NCBI GenBank assembly: GCA_963668025.2
Contig: CAXXTH010000010.1
Coordinates: 1,216,001 to 1,280,000 of the forward strand
Direction of reading: 5' to 3'
DNA: 64,000 bases
From: Candidatus Hydrogenedentota bacterium
GTDB taxonomy: Bacteria; Hydrogenedentota; Hydrogenedentia; Hydrogenedentales; SLHB01
In this document: in pieces, positions 1 to 12,775 of the stretch
How positions within the stretch are numbered: position 1 is the first letter of the stretch
How the letters are laid out: the number at the start of each line of letters is the position of its first letter
The notes under the pieces: model-generated
Told to the model about the DNA's origin: nothing
Database searches by the model: none
Seen by the model: the letters and a program-made list of their open reading frames with translations, nothing else
Program-made: the position numbers and the translations under genes

Positions 1-1
1 A

Positions 2-1558
2 ACGGCAAGCGAAGGCCTGCCCGAGGAGGGCGACTGGCTGATTACCCGCTTGCCAGTCGAGCCAGCCCACTTGAATCCTCTACTGGATACCGGCGACGCC
101 TATACGGCGCGCATGACGCAGCGGCTGTTTGAATCGCTGCTTACACGCAATAACGCCACGCTCGAGTTTGAGCCTATGCTGGCCGAGTCATATGAGATAT
201 CGGACGATAAACTCACGTATACGTTTCATCTCCGCAAGGATGCGCGTTTCTCGGATGGCGCGCCGGTAACTTCCGCGGATGTGGTGTTTACCTATGAAGC
301 CATCCAGAATCCAAAAAATGAAACCGCTGATATCCGCAACTATTACCAAGACGTGGTTAGCGTAGAATCGCCAGATGAATACACCGTGGCGTTTCATTGT
401 GCGAAACCGTATTTTAAGCATCTTGAAATGCTGGGCGGCCTTCCCGTTTTTCCTAAGCATATTTATAGCCAAGGCGATTTTAATAAAGGCCCTAATAATC
501 GCCTTCCCGTGGGCTCTGGCCCATATGTGTTTCAGGAATGGACCACAAACCAGCAGATTGTCTTTACGCGGAATGCTGGTTATTGGAACAAAGCGAAAAT
601 GCCGCATTTGGACAAGTTAGTTTTTAAAATTATTACGGATGACAACGCGGCGTTCCAGGTGCTTCAGAGGCAAGAGCTAGGCATCATGAGCTTGACTCCG
701 GAACAATGGATCAACCAAGCCGATACTCCCGATTTTAAGGTGAAATTCGACAAATACAAAGCCTGGGGAAGTGCTGGCTATGTAGGCGGATATAGTTTCA
801 TTGCCTGGAATCTGCGCAAACCACAGTTTCAAGATAAAATGGTGCGGCGCGCACTCACAATGCTGCTCAACCGCCAGCTTATACTCGACACGATTTATTA
901 TAGCCTGGGCAAAGTTGTTTCGGGCGGCGCATGGTCGGAAAGCTCAGAGTATGACAAGAGTATTGAGCCATGGCCCTTTGAGCCAGAAAGCGCCAAGAAA
1001 CTGTTGGATGAGGCGGGCTGGACCGATTCGAATCACGATGGAATTCGAGATAAAGATGGCATTCCTTTCACCTTCGAGTTCATGATGGCTTCGGGCAACC
1101 GCGAAGTGGAACAAATGGCGACGGTCTTCAAGGAAGAACTCGAACGGGCGGGAATCAACATGACCATCCGCCAGCTCGAATGGGCCACCTTTATCGAGAA
1201 CCTTACCCAGCGTAAATTTGACGCCATCACCCTTTCGTGGGCCATTCCGCTGGATCAAGATCCTTATCAAGTGTGGCATTCCTCCCAGGCCGAAAAAGGC
1301 TCAAATTATCCTGGATTCGCAAATGCTGAGGTGGATAAGATTCTTGAGGAGGCGCGTGTCACCTTTGACCGGGAACAGCGCAACGCTTTGTATCGCCGGT
1401 GGCACCAGATCCTCCATGAAGAACAGCCATATACATTTCTCTTCAATAGATATAACTTGTCCGCCGTCGATAAGCGCTACAAGAACGTGCGACTGTATCC
1501 GCAAGGTTTTGACGACACGGAATGGTGGGTTCCTAAAAACTTGCAGCGATATAAGTAG
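2..1558 (+). CDS. Peptide ABC transporter substrate-binding protein (OppA/AppA, SBP family 5), 5'-truncated at the window edge
   Basis: Frame is open from position 2 (TASEGLPEEGDWLITRLPVEPAHLNP). Family-5 signature LAESYEISDDKLTYTFHLRKDARFSDGAPVTSADVVFT and GSGPY; followed by oppBCDF-like genes. Confidence 0.93.
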   Translation, partial: TASEGLPEEGDWLITRLPVEPAHLNPLLDTGDAYTARMTQRLFESLLTRNNATLEFEPMLAESYEISDDKLTYTFHLRKDARFSDGAPVTSADVVFTYEAIQNPKNETADIRNYYQDVVSVESPDEYTVAFHCAKPYFKHLEMLGGLPVFPKHIYSQGDFNKGPNNRLPVGSGPYVFQEWTTNQQIVFTRNAGYWNKAKMPHLDKLVFKIITDDNAAFQVLQRQELGIMSLTPEQWINQADTPDFKVKFDKYKAWGSAGYVGGYSFIAWNLRKPQFQDKMVRRALTMLLNRQLILDTIYYSLGKVVSGGAWSESSEYDKSIEPWPFEPESAKKLLDEAGWTDSNHDGIRDKDGIPFTFEFMMASGNREVEQMATVFKEELERAGINMTIRQLEWATFIENLTQRKFDAITLSWAIPLDQDPYQVWHSSQAEKGSNYPGFANAEVDKILEEARVTFDREQRNALYRRWHQILHEEQPYTFLFNRYNLSAVDKRYKNVRLYPQGFDDTEWWVPKNLQRYK

Positions 1559-1594
1559 GCTCAGGGGCGGGTGCGGCCATGGAGTAAGGCGGAC

Positions 1595-2590
1595 GTGAAG
1601 GCGTATCTGATCCGGAGATTTCTGCTGGTGTTCCCCACTTTATTGGGGATTAGCTTGATTTCGTTCTGCATCATCCAACTCGCGCCGGGGAATCCCGTCA
1701 TGCTGCGGTTGCAAAAGATGCAGGGAGCCTTGGCGTCGAATTCCGTACCCGATGAGGTAATCGAACGCACGAAGGCGCTTTATGGCCTTGACAAGCCGCT
1801 CCCCGTCCAATATATCCGATGGCTCAAGCGAATGGCGACATTCGATTTCGGCACATCATATAAAGACAACAGGCCGGTATTGACTAAAATTGCCGAGACG
1901 CTCCCCATCACGCTCCAGCTCAACATCATCTCAATATTTTTGGTCTATGTGATATCCGTGCCTTTGGGGGTGTTTTCCGCCACGCGCGTCCATTCCTGGA
2001 CTGACGCCGTCCTGACTTTTTTCCTCTTTTTGTTATATAGCCTGCCCAGTTTTTGGGTAGCTATGCTGCTCATGTATTTTTTGGGTGGGGGCCAGTATTG
2101 GAATTGGTTTCCCATTTATGGCCTTAATTCAGTTGGAGCGGAGCAAATGTCCTGGCCCGCATGGCTTGCCGACCGTGCATGGCACTTGGTCTTGCCGGTG
2201 TTTTGCTTGTCTTATGGCGGGCTGGCGGGCATATCGAGGTTCGCCCGGTCGGGCATGGCGGATATTATCCGGCAAGACTACATCCGCACGGCGCGGGCCT
2301 ATGGCTTTTCGAACGGGCAGGTGTATTTCAAGTATGCGCTGCGCAATTCTCTCATTCCTATTATCACACTGCTGGGCACGCTTCTGCCAGAGCTTCTTGG
2401 CGGCAGCTTTATTATTGAAAGCATCTTCTCCATCCCAGGTATGGGCCGCCTTGGCTTCGAGGCCATCCTCTCGCGGGATTATCCGCTGATCATGGGCATC
2501 CTTACCATTTCGGCCTTGCTGACGCTAGTAGGCCTTATCGTCTCAGACATTTTATACGCCCTCACCGATCCGAGGATTCGATTAGAATGA
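1595..2590 (+). CDS. Peptide ABC transporter permease (OppB/DppB)
   Basis: GTG start after GGAG; YLIRR N-terminus, DFGTSY, EAA-like loop DYIRTARAYG, RDYPLIMG. Confidence 0.93.
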   Translation: MKAYLIRRFLLVFPTLLGISLISFCIIQLAPGNPVMLRLQKMQGALASNSVPDEVIERTKALYGLDKPLPVQYIRWLKRMATFDFGTSYKDNRPVLTKIAETLPITLQLNIISIFLVYVISVPLGVFSATRVHSWTDAVLTFFLFLLYSLPSFWVAMLLMYFLGGGQYWNWFPIYGLNSVGAEQMSWPAWLADRAWHLVLPVFCLSYGGLAGISRFARSGMADIIRQDYIRTARAYGFSNGQVYFKYALRNSLIPIITLLGTLLPELLGGSFIIESIFSIPGMGRLGFEAILSRDYPLIMGILTISALLTLVGLIVSDILYALTDPRIRLE

Positions 2591-3615
2591 GTGAAGTACA
2601 ATCGGAACAGGCCAGCGCGGCCAGCAGCAAAAAGCAAGGCTATTGGCGCATTGTGTGGTGGCAGTTTTTCCGCCATAAGCTGTCCGTCGCGTCCCTGGTA
2701 TTTCTGCTGGGCCTGCTTGCCGTGGCCATTACAGCCCCCTTTCTCGCTGGAGAAAAGCCCATCTACATGATGAAAGACGGCCAGCGGTATATGCTGCCTA
2801 ACATAATTGCGTATCGCGATCTCGTCAGTTTCGATTTCGTCCAATGGATCCCCGCCGCGCCGGACTCCGCCATCTATCCGCCTGTTCCGTATGCGCCTGA
2901 GCGTTCCGATTTGCTGCATCGCATTGCCGCGCCCAGCAAGGAGCATTGGCTGGGTACGGATGATCGCGGGCGCGATGTGTTGAGCCGGATGATCTGGGGA
3001 ACGCGCATATCGATCTCGGTCGGATTCATCGCCACCGGCATATCGGTGATCATTGGCCTCATCCTCGGCGCTCTCGCTGGGTATTACGGCGGCTGGATCG
3101 ACGCCCTGATCTTGCGCCTCATCGAGGTCATGCTCACCATCCCTGCATTCATCCTGATCCTGGCTATCATCGCGTTTCTACCGCCCAGCATCTACAACAT
3201 CATGGCCGCCCTGGGCATTGTCGGATGGACGGGCATCGCACGGCTCGTGCGTGGCGAGTTTTTACGTCTGCGTGACAGCGAATTCGCCACCGCCGCCCGC
3301 GCCAGCGGACTGCGGGATGCGCGGATCATCTTCCGGCATCTCCTGCCCAATGCCCTTTCTCCCGTTTGGGTGAGCGCTACGTTTGGCGTGGCGGGCGCGA
3401 TTTTGACGGAGAGCGCCCTGAGCTTTCTCGGGTTCGGCGTGCCGCCGCCCACGGCAAGCTGGGGCGAACTCTTGTCGCAATCGAAAGATTACTTATACCG
3501 GGGCGCATGGTGGCTGGTGACGTATCCCGGGGTGGCCATCTTCATGACCGTGACGGCCTTCAATCTCGTGGGCGAAGGCCTCCGCGACGCCATGGACCCG
3601 CGCCTGCGGCAGTAA
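2587..3615 (+). CDS. Peptide ABC transporter permease (OppC/DppC)
   Basis: HWLGTDDRGRDVLSR, EFATAARASG, GEGLRDAMDPR; ATGA overlap with the previous gene. Confidence 0.94.
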   Translation: MSEVQSEQASAASSKKQGYWRIVWWQFFRHKLSVASLVFLLGLLAVAITAPFLAGEKPIYMMKDGQRYMLPNIIAYRDLVSFDFVQWIPAAPDSAIYPPVPYAPERSDLLHRIAAPSKEHWLGTDDRGRDVLSRMIWGTRISISVGFIATGISVIIGLILGALAGYYGGWIDALILRLIEVMLTIPAFILILAIIAFLPPSIYNIMAALGIVGWTGIARLVRGEFLRLRDSEFATAARASGLRDARIIFRHLLPNALSPVWVSATFGVAGAILTESALSFLGFGVPPPTASWGELLSQSKDYLYRGAWWLVTYPGVAIFMTVTAFNLVGEGLRDAMDPRLRQ

Positions 3616-3628
3616 CGGGAGATACCTC

Positions 3629-4006
3629 ATGGAGTATGGCGCGATAACGGGAACGATTCTGGAGGCGGCGTTCGAGGTCAGCAATGAACTCGGAGCGGGT
3701 TTCGTCGAATCCGTCTATCAACATGCGCTGGAAATGGCCATACAGGCAAAAGGCCTGCAATGCAGAGCGGAAGCGCCGATTAGCGTCTATTTCCGGGGTG
3801 TGTCCGTCGGACAGTTCTACGCCGACCTCGTGGTCGAGGACGTTGTGCTAGTGGAGCTCAAAGCGGTTAAAAGCTTGCTGCCAGAACATGATGCACAGAC
3901 CATCAATTACTTGAAGGCGTCCGGCATAACCGTGGGATTGCTCATCAACTTCGGCACGGCAAGGATTGAATACCACCGGCTGTACGGAAAACCAAAACAG
4001 GGATAG
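3629..4006 (+). CDS. GxxExxY protein (PD-(D/E)XK-like)
   Basis: Motif ELGAGFVESVYQHAL, plus ADLVVEDVVLVELKA and QTINYLKASG...GLLINFG; GGAG RBS. Confidence 0.92.
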   Translation: MEYGAITGTILEAAFEVSNELGAGFVESVYQHALEMAIQAKGLQCRAEAPISVYFRGVSVGQFYADLVVEDVVLVELKAVKSLLPEHDAQTINYLKASGITVGLLINFGTARIEYHRLYGKPKQG

Positions 4007-4527
4007 CACATTTTAACAAGGATAGGCAGGATGTACAGGATGGATATGGGGAGACGGTAGTTGCTCGGTGCTTGCTGACGGATAGTTCCAGAGACCGTTG
4101 ATGGAATTTGATGTCATGAAAAAGCTGCTTCAAAGAGCCCAAATACGCCGAAATATATTCATATTTTTGGAGACAAAACGTTATATGTTCCTGATTCCAT
4201 ATCCTGTGCATCTTGTACATCCTTGTTAGAAAAGGGTTTGTTGCCATGGACAATGTGTTGCGTGTCAAGAATCCAAAACAGGGATAAGATATTTGAACAA
4301 GGATGGGCAGGATTTACAGGATGGATATGGGGAGACGGTAGTTGCTCGGTGCTTGCTGACGGATAGTTCCAGAGACCGTTGATGGAATTTGATGTCATGA
4401 AAAAGCTGCTTCAAAGAGCCCAAAATACGCCGAAATATATCCATATGTTTGGAGATAAAACGTTATATATTTCCGATTTCCTATCCTGTGTATCCTGTAC
4501 ATCTTTGTTAGAAAAGAGTTTGTTGCC

Positions 4528-4554
<27 letters not shown>
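3992..4554. repeat. Tandem duplication of a ~281-bp unit (3992-4272 and 4273-4554); each copy contains an inverted-repeat element
   Basis: Both copies start CCAAAACAGGGATA and end ATGGACAATGTGTTGCGTGTCAAGAAT. The central ~105 bp are identical and the flanks carry scattered substitutions. Arms lie at ~4014-4049/4197-4228 and ~4296-4324/4481-4509. Confidence 0.95.
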
Positions 4555-6596
<2,042 letters not shown>

Positions 6597-6688
6597 ACCT
6601 AACAAAATTGGCTTCTTCTTGGCGATTTCCTTATATTATTGATTAGGTTTGGAGAAAATGCATGCTCCTAAAACGGAAGGAGATTCAT

Positions 6689-6994
6689 ATGAAGTGTAAA
6701 TGCGGGTTTGATTATGTAAAAGATCGCATGTCTGGGGCTCCGTGTTGTACTGAACGATACATGGTGCTTAGGGATGATGAATACACTGATTTTTTAAGAA
6801 AAGAATACTTAATAACTAAAACACGCGGTGGACGGAAAAGAAGCAAGAGTATATCTATATCATCCAGTTATATAGGATATATTTATATTTGCCCTATATG
6901 TAAGTTGGCGCAGGTTTATTTACCTCACACTGATCATAAGTACTTTTGTCAACTCGAAGAGATACCCTCACAGTGCCCTAGAATTACGAGCTAA
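6689..6994 (+). CDS. Small AT-rich hypothetical protein with CxC and CxxC motifs
   Basis: AAGGAG RBS before ATG 6689; MKCKCG...CPICK; markedly lower GC than the neighbours. Confidence 0.5.
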   Translation: MKCKCGFDYVKDRMSGAPCCTERYMVLRDDEYTDFLRKEYLITKTRGGRKRSKSISISSSYIGYIYICPICKLAQVYLPHTDHKYFCQLEEIPSQCPRITS

Positions 6995-7282
6995 GAGTAA
7001 CGAGCATTAGTTTGCGTTGTTATTGAAAGACTTCATAAAGAGTTAGGTATCCGAGGTCCTTTCTAAGCTTATTGTCTATAAGGTGGACGATGAAATCGAG
7101 CTACTGCTGAGTGAGATGGGCGAATGACGTGCCTTTTGGCAAAAATCGCCGGATGAGCCCGTTGGTCTCGATAGATAATGAAATCGTTCAACCAATTCAG
7201 GTAGTATCTCTGAAGCTGGCATAGTGCGCGCTGTGCCAGGTATTTGGTGAGTTTCGTGCTCAACAAGACTGATCTTCGAGCG

Positions 7283-8596
7283 ATGCATAACAAAAGCCTA
7301 CTTGCGTTATTCCTGTTCGTGGGCGGTTCTGTCGCCCTCATAGGCTGCACGGACTCGTTCACCGGTGCGGATGGCCGGGCCACCATCAAATTCTCGTCGT
7401 GGGGCGCGACGCAGGATCAAATCGTCTACGATGAGATGTTCCGGCGTTTTGAACGGGCCAATCCGGACATCCGCCTCTCGTTGATGTTTATCCCGTTTAA
7501 TAATTACTTCACCAAGCTGCAATTGCTGATCGTTGGCGGCGTGGCGCCTGATACCGTTACCGTATCCCAAGACATGATGTACCAGCTCTGCTTGAATGGG
7601 CATCTGGTTGATCTGGAGCCGTTTATCGCCGAAGAACGCAAACGGGATCCCACTTTCTTGACGGAGCAGGCCTATACGATAGACGTGCTCAAGCCGAGTT
7701 GCAGCTTCAATGGCCACATGTACTATATCCCTATAGGCCCCATGGCGCGGCATGTTTATTTTAATAAGGATCTCTTTGATGCGGCGGGTGTGCCGTATCC
7801 CCAGGAAGGCTGGACCTGGAATGATCTTCTCGATGCAGCCCAGCGATTGACGCTCCGGGATGAATCCGGGCGCACCACGCAATGGGGATTCCTTTGCGCA
7901 AGCTGGATCGATTTCTGGCGATTGTTCATCCTGCAAAATGGGGGGGAGGTTTTCGACGATTGGGCCCATCCCACGCGTTGTACGCTGGATTCACCGGAAG
8001 CTATCGAGGCGCTAACATTTGTGCAGGATCTCATTTACAAGTATAAGGTCTCGCCGAATCCGATCCAGGCGGCGCAGACGGTCAATACGGATTTCATGAC
8101 GGGCCGCCTGGCCATGACTATTCATGGCACATGGATGATCGAGCAATATCGTACGATCAAATCGTTCCATTGGGACATGGCTCCGTTGCCCATACAAAAA
8201 TACTACGCCAACCTCGCGGGCGCGGATGGATATGGCATGACGGCCCAGTGCAAAGATCCGGCAAAGGCGTGGCGATTCCTTCGCAACTTCCTGACGGAAG
8301 ACACGCAGAACCTTATGAGCACGGACTGCTCGCTATGGCAGCCTATCTTGCGAAAATCGGCGGAAGACGGCCATATGGACCACATCCCAGGCGTACCGGA
8401 GCATCACAACCTTCGGTTCTCGGAATTGTCCCGCGCGACCCCCATCACGCCGCTGCATCATCCTCAAGCCCGGCGCATTTTATATACGATTGATCAGGAA
8501 ATGGAGCCGTTGTTCCAGGGCAAGGAGGAACCAAGCACATGCCTGCCCCGTGTCGCGGCGAAAATCAACGCCATGCTTCAGGAAGGAGGTGAATAG
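7283..8596 (+). CDS. Sugar ABC transporter substrate-binding lipoprotein
   Basis: Lipobox LIGC; YFNKDLFDAAGVPYP..WTW; FMTGRLAM; followed by two CUT1 permeases. Confidence 0.9.
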   Translation: MHNKSLLALFLFVGGSVALIGCTDSFTGADGRATIKFSSWGATQDQIVYDEMFRRFERANPDIRLSLMFIPFNNYFTKLQLLIVGGVAPDTVTVSQDMMYQLCLNGHLVDLEPFIAEERKRDPTFLTEQAYTIDVLKPSCSFNGHMYYIPIGPMARHVYFNKDLFDAAGVPYPQEGWTWNDLLDAAQRLTLRDESGRTTQWGFLCASWIDFWRLFILQNGGEVFDDWAHPTRCTLDSPEAIEALTFVQDLIYKYKVSPNPIQAAQTVNTDFMTGRLAMTIHGTWMIEQYRTIKSFHWDMAPLPIQKYYANLAGADGYGMTAQCKDPAKAWRFLRNFLTEDTQNLMSTDCSLWQPILRKSAEDGHMDHIPGVPEHHNLRFSELSRATPITPLHHPQARRILYTIDQEMEPLFQGKEEPSTCLPRVAAKINAMLQEGGE

Positions 8597-8615
8597 CCAT
8601 GCAAGGAATGGCCTC

Positions 8616-9515
8616 ATGAGGAAGCCCCATCAGAGAGAGATATCGAGGCAAGAAAACCTGGCGGGCTATCTTTTCGTGATGCCGTGGTTCTTAGGCATGC
8701 TCCTGTTTGTGGCCGGACCTGTCGCCGTGTCGTTCGTGCTCAGCATGACGGACTGGAATATCCTGTCCAAACCGTCATGGATCGGCCTGGAAAATTATCA
8801 CAAACTCTTTTCCGACGACCCCCTCTTCTACACTTCGTTGCGTGTCACCTTAATCTATACGCTGGGAGCGGTTCCGCTGGGCATCGCCGCGGCGCTGGGG
8901 CTGGCCTTGCTGCTGAACCAGCCCATCCGTGGCTTGGGGCTGTTCCGCTCCGTCTTCTTTTTACCGAGCATCTTGTCCGGCGTAGCCGTGGCGATGCTGT
9001 GGCAATGGCTTTTCAATGTGGACTTTGGGGTGTTTAATTCTTGCTTGCGCATGCTGCATCTGCCCGAGCTGGGCTGGCTGGGCAGCGAAACGTGGGCGCT
9101 GCCGTCGCTGATCCTCATGAGCCTGTGGGGCGTGGGCGGCTCGGCCATCATCTACCTCGCGGGGCTCCAAAATATCCCCACGCAATTATATGAATCCGCC
9201 GCCATTGACGGAGCAAGCGAATGGAAACAATTCCGCCATATCACCATTCCCATGCTTTCGCCTCTTTTATTCCTGACCCTGGTGATGGGGATCATTGGTT
9301 CGTTCCAGGTTTTTACGCAGGCCTATGTCATGACGGGCGGAGGCCCGAACCATGCGACGGAGTTTTATGCCTTGTACCTGTACCGGCAGGCCATTGAATA
9401 TCTCAATATGGGTTATGCATCCGCCATGGCGTGGATATTGCTCGCCATCGTACTCGTGCTGACGATCATTCAATTCAGCATATCGCGCTACTGGGTGTAT
9501 TACGAGGAGGAGTAA
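8616..9515 (+). CDS. Sugar ABC transporter permease (MalF-like)
   Basis: LYESAAIDGA EAA loop, GYASAMAW. Confidence 0.93.
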   Translation: MRKPHQREISRQENLAGYLFVMPWFLGMLLFVAGPVAVSFVLSMTDWNILSKPSWIGLENYHKLFSDDPLFYTSLRVTLIYTLGAVPLGIAAALGLALLLNQPIRGLGLFRSVFFLPSILSGVAVAMLWQWLFNVDFGVFNSCLRMLHLPELGWLGSETWALPSLILMSLWGVGGSAIIYLAGLQNIPTQLYESAAIDGASEWKQFRHITIPMLSPLLFLTLVMGIIGSFQVFTQAYVMTGGGPNHATEFYALYLYRQAIEYLNMGYASAMAWILLAIVLVLTIIQFSISRYWVYYEEE

Positions 9516-10366
9516 TGATGCCGGAGTCCGCACGGGCGCAACTGCGTTTGAAGCTTGCAGCCGTATACGCCGCTTTGGCGGCGGGTTCGGTGCTCGTGCT
9601 GTTTCCGTTATATTGGATGGCGGCCACATCGCTGAAAGATCCCGGCAATATCTACCTCGCTCCTCCCCAATGGATTCCTAATCCCTTCCGCTGGGCGAAC
9701 TACAGCGAGATTTTCACGCTGTGGCCGTTCACGCGCTATCTCTGGAATTCGACGTTTGTCACCATGATGAATATCATCGGCGCAGTGCTTTCGTCTTCGC
9801 TGGTGGCTTATGGCTTCGCCCGCCTGCGGTGGAAATACCGTGATTTCTTCTTCATGGTGTGCCTGGGCACCATGATGCTGCCGAGCCAGGTCACGCTCGC
9901 CCCGACATTCATATTATTCGTCAAACTGGGCTGGCTGGATTCTTTTTATCCGCTGATCGTGCCCGCGTTTTTCTCGCAGGCGTTTAACGTTTTCCTGCTC
10001 CGCCAATTCTTCCGCACCATTCCCAGGGCGCTCGAGGACGCGGCGCGCATCGATGGATGCGGCTACTTCCGCACCTATTGGCAAATCATCCTGCCCTTGG
10101 CCAAACCCGCCCTGCTCACCGTAACCTTGTTCACGTTCATCGGGGTCTGGAATGACTTCATGGGCCCGCTCATCTATTTATCGTCTGACGACAAACGGAC
10201 CCTTGCGCTGGCGTTGTCATTCTTCTCGCAAACCTTTTTCGCGGGCGTACACACCCACCACTTGATGGCCGCCTCCTTGATGGTCATGCTGCCCTGCATC
10301 ATCCTATTCGCCGTCTTCCAGCGTTACTTCATTCAAGGGATGGTGTTTTCCGGATTGAAGGAATAG
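9515..10366 (+). CDS. Sugar ABC transporter permease (MalG-like)
   Basis: LEDAARIDG, WNDFMGPLIYL, QRYFIQG; TAATG coupling to the previous gene. Confidence 0.93.
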   Translation: MMPESARAQLRLKLAAVYAALAAGSVLVLFPLYWMAATSLKDPGNIYLAPPQWIPNPFRWANYSEIFTLWPFTRYLWNSTFVTMMNIIGAVLSSSLVAYGFARLRWKYRDFFFMVCLGTMMLPSQVTLAPTFILFVKLGWLDSFYPLIVPAFFSQAFNVFLLRQFFRTIPRALEDAARIDGCGYFRTYWQIILPLAKPALLTVTLFTFIGVWNDFMGPLIYLSSDDKRTLALALSFFSQTFFAGVHTHHLMAASLMVMLPCIILFAVFQRYFIQGMVFSGLKE

Positions 10367-10411
10367 GGATTTTCAACGAAGGATGAAGGGCAAAGCAATG
10401 GGATCGGATCT

Positions 10412-10623
10412 TTTCACCACAGAGACACAGAGGACCACAGAGAAAGAGTTTATCTTGTTAAGACGACCGGACGAAAGAACAGCACATGGTCCCTATTTAT
10501 AGTGACAATTCGGTCAGCCAGATGGCTTGCGTGAATGCCAACGGGCTCAGGTTTACTTTTTCCAGCAAATCCCGCGCCTCACCATTCGTCCTCTCTGTGG
10601 TTCTCTGTGTCTCTGTGGTGAAA
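10412..10623. repeat. Inverted-repeat element with triplet-unit arms (CACAGAG x3)
   Basis: TTTCACCACAGAGACACAGAGGACCACAGAGA at 10412 pairs with TCTCTGTGGTTCTCTGTGTCTCTGTGGTGAAA ending 10623 (1 mismatch in 32); non-coding spacer of ~145 bp. Confidence 0.9.
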
Positions 10624-10687
10624 TGATAGGGGTTTGTGTCATCGCGAGTGGCGCGCTATGTGTTGAGAGGAATAGGAGAGCTGGGGT

Positions 10688-12775
10688 ATGCGCAAGGTGA
10701 GAACGGTGCTGTATACCGCCGGACTGCTTGTGGCCGTAGGCGCAATCATTTTGTGCTTGGCCGTGCTCAATCGGGACTCTAGAGAGGCGGCGCCGCCTGA
10801 ACCTTCCGCGCCTCCTGCGACGATTCCACACGATTCAGATGAAGTCGGTCCTACCGAGAGCGTCAAGGGAGATACGCTGCCTTCTATCCGGGGAATAGTC
10901 GTTGACGACGCCACCGGCGCACCGGTGGCGGGCGCACAGGTCGCCGTATTTCGGGTTGCGCCTAATGCGCCATGCGAGACATTCACGGATGAAGACGGGC
11001 GGTTCGCCCTCGGCAACCTGTCGCCGGATGAGCCGTATCTGGTATCCGCGTCCGACTTGGCGTCTGGAACGACTGCACGCAACCCGATGGCGGTCACGCT
11101 GAAATTGGGAGAAGACAGGCGAGACGTGGAATTGCGTTTGGCCGGGGCCTGCGGCCTATCCGGTACGGTCCGCGTGCAACGCCCGGAAGGCAATATGCCG
11201 CTCCCTAACGCGGAAGTCACCGTGTCTACCGTCGCTGAACCTGGCGGGAAGCGTTTCCGGATTGCAGACGCGACCACGGATGAAGCGGGAACATACGAGC
11301 TTTCCCTTCTCCTCCCGGCCCAATATATGGCTCAATGTGTGGCCCCCGCGAACACCACTGAGGAGGGGCTCATGGTGCAGTCCGATATCATGCTCGAGAG
11401 CGCCAAAGCCCACCGGAATGTGGATTTCCTATTTCATGAAGGCAATGTAGTCTATGGCACGGTGACCGACCCGCAATACCGAGGCATTCCCGGCGCAATA
11501 GTAACGCTGCCATCCGGCCGTGGTTACAGCGTGACCGATGCACAGGGCCATTACCGTATGGCCGGAATGACGAGCGATGTGTACCAGATAATCGTCGATG
11601 CAGAGGGTTATACCATGGGGATTGCACGGTACGAAGGGTCGCCAGCGGATTTCACGCTGGCGCCCGAGGGCGTTGTGTCGGGGATTGTGGTGGACCAACA
11701 AGGCTCTCCGGTTCCCCAGGTTACACTGCGGCTGAAGCCGGTGCAACTAGCGACGGGGCCGGGGGATATGTCTCTGCTCTACGCTATAGGGAAATCCCAG
11801 GAGGATGGAACCTTCACCATCAAGAAGGCGCCTGAAGGTGAATTTGTTTTCTATATGGGCGAGGATGGGAAGCAGAGGGAAGAACTGGCGGACACCGTGA
11901 TTCGTGTGGCTCAAGGCAGCCATGTAAAGGGCGTCCGTGTGGTTCTGGCCGGGGGAGAGAAGGCGGCTATCAGCGGGATTGTGGTCAATGCCAAGGGCGA
12001 ACCGCTGCCGCATTCGTCCGTGTCGGCCACTGCTCAAGATGGCCAGGGCTTTCAGGGTTGTTGGACCGATGAAGAGGGGCGATTCGAGTTTAAACTGCTT
12101 CAGTACGGCACATATGATATCGCCGCGCAGAACCAAGATTTGGGATACGCGGGCGCGAGTATGGAGTGTGCGGCAGGCACGAAGGATCTTCGCTTGGTAT
12201 TGCCGGCGCTCGCCACCATTTCCGGCGTTGTATGGGACGAACTGGACGGCGGCGTGATCGAGGGAGCCGAATTACGCGTAGAGCATGTCGAACTGGCTAA
12301 CGGAAGGAAGACACAGCAAATCTCAGGTGATTGGAGCAAGACGGACAGTGAGGGCGCTTTCGTGCTCAGCTATGTGTATCCTGGAAAGATCTCGCTGCAG
12401 ATAACACACCCAGACTATATGCCCGCCCTTGTCGAGGTGACGGTTGGCGACGGAGAACAGTTGAAAGGATTGAGCGTCCCGATTTCTCGCGGATGTAGCA
12501 TGGAAGGATATGTTACAGTCACAGGACTACCAGACGGTATGGCTGTCCATAGTTCCAATATGTTATATAATAAAGCGACAGATATTAATTATGGTTTCAC
12601 GTGCGACGCCAATGGATGGTATACCGCCAGCAAACTGCCGTCCGGTCCCGTACGGGTTAAAGCAATGGTAGATATCGCGCCATCCGGCGAAAAGTTATTC
12701 TCGCCTATAGAGACGGTTGAGCTTAACACTCGAGCGGTAGTCCGGCACGATTTTGTGGTGCCGTACAGCAAGTAG
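10688..12775 (+). CDS. Membrane-anchored protein with repeated carboxypeptidase-regulatory-like / Cna-B (prealbumin-fold) domains
   Basis: N-terminal TM helix; repeated 'G.V.D..G.P+.GA.V....TD..G.F/Y' units. Confidence 0.8.
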   Translation: MRKVRTVLYTAGLLVAVGAIILCLAVLNRDSREAAPPEPSAPPATIPHDSDEVGPTESVKGDTLPSIRGIVVDDATGAPVAGAQVAVFRVAPNAPCETFTDEDGRFALGNLSPDEPYLVSASDLASGTTARNPMAVTLKLGEDRRDVELRLAGACGLSGTVRVQRPEGNMPLPNAEVTVSTVAEPGGKRFRIADATTDEAGTYELSLLLPAQYMAQCVAPANTTEEGLMVQSDIMLESAKAHRNVDFLFHEGNVVYGTVTDPQYRGIPGAIVTLPSGRGYSVTDAQGHYRMAGMTSDVYQIIVDAEGYTMGIARYEGSPADFTLAPEGVVSGIVVDQQGSPVPQVTLRLKPVQLATGPGDMSLLYAIGKSQEDGTFTIKKAPEGEFVFYMGEDGKQREELADTVIRVAQGSHVKGVRVVLAGGEKAAISGIVVNAKGEPLPHSSVSATAQDGQGFQGCWTDEEGRFEFKLLQYGTYDIAAQNQDLGYAGASMECAAGTKDLRLVLPALATISGVVWDELDGGVIEGAELRVEHVELANGRKTQQISGDWSKTDSEGAFVLSYVYPGKISLQITHPDYMPALVEVTVGDGEQLKGLSVPISRGCSMEGYVTVTGLPDGMAVHSSNMLYNKATDINYGFTCDANGWYTASKLPSGPVRVKAMVDIAPSGEKLFSPIETVELNTRAVVRHDFVVPYSK

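Noticed and set aside
7283-10366. Sugar ABC operons lacking an ATPase (also 54319-57799) as defective systems
   Set aside because: CUT1 transporters commonly share an MsmK/MalK-type ATPase encoded elsewhere.
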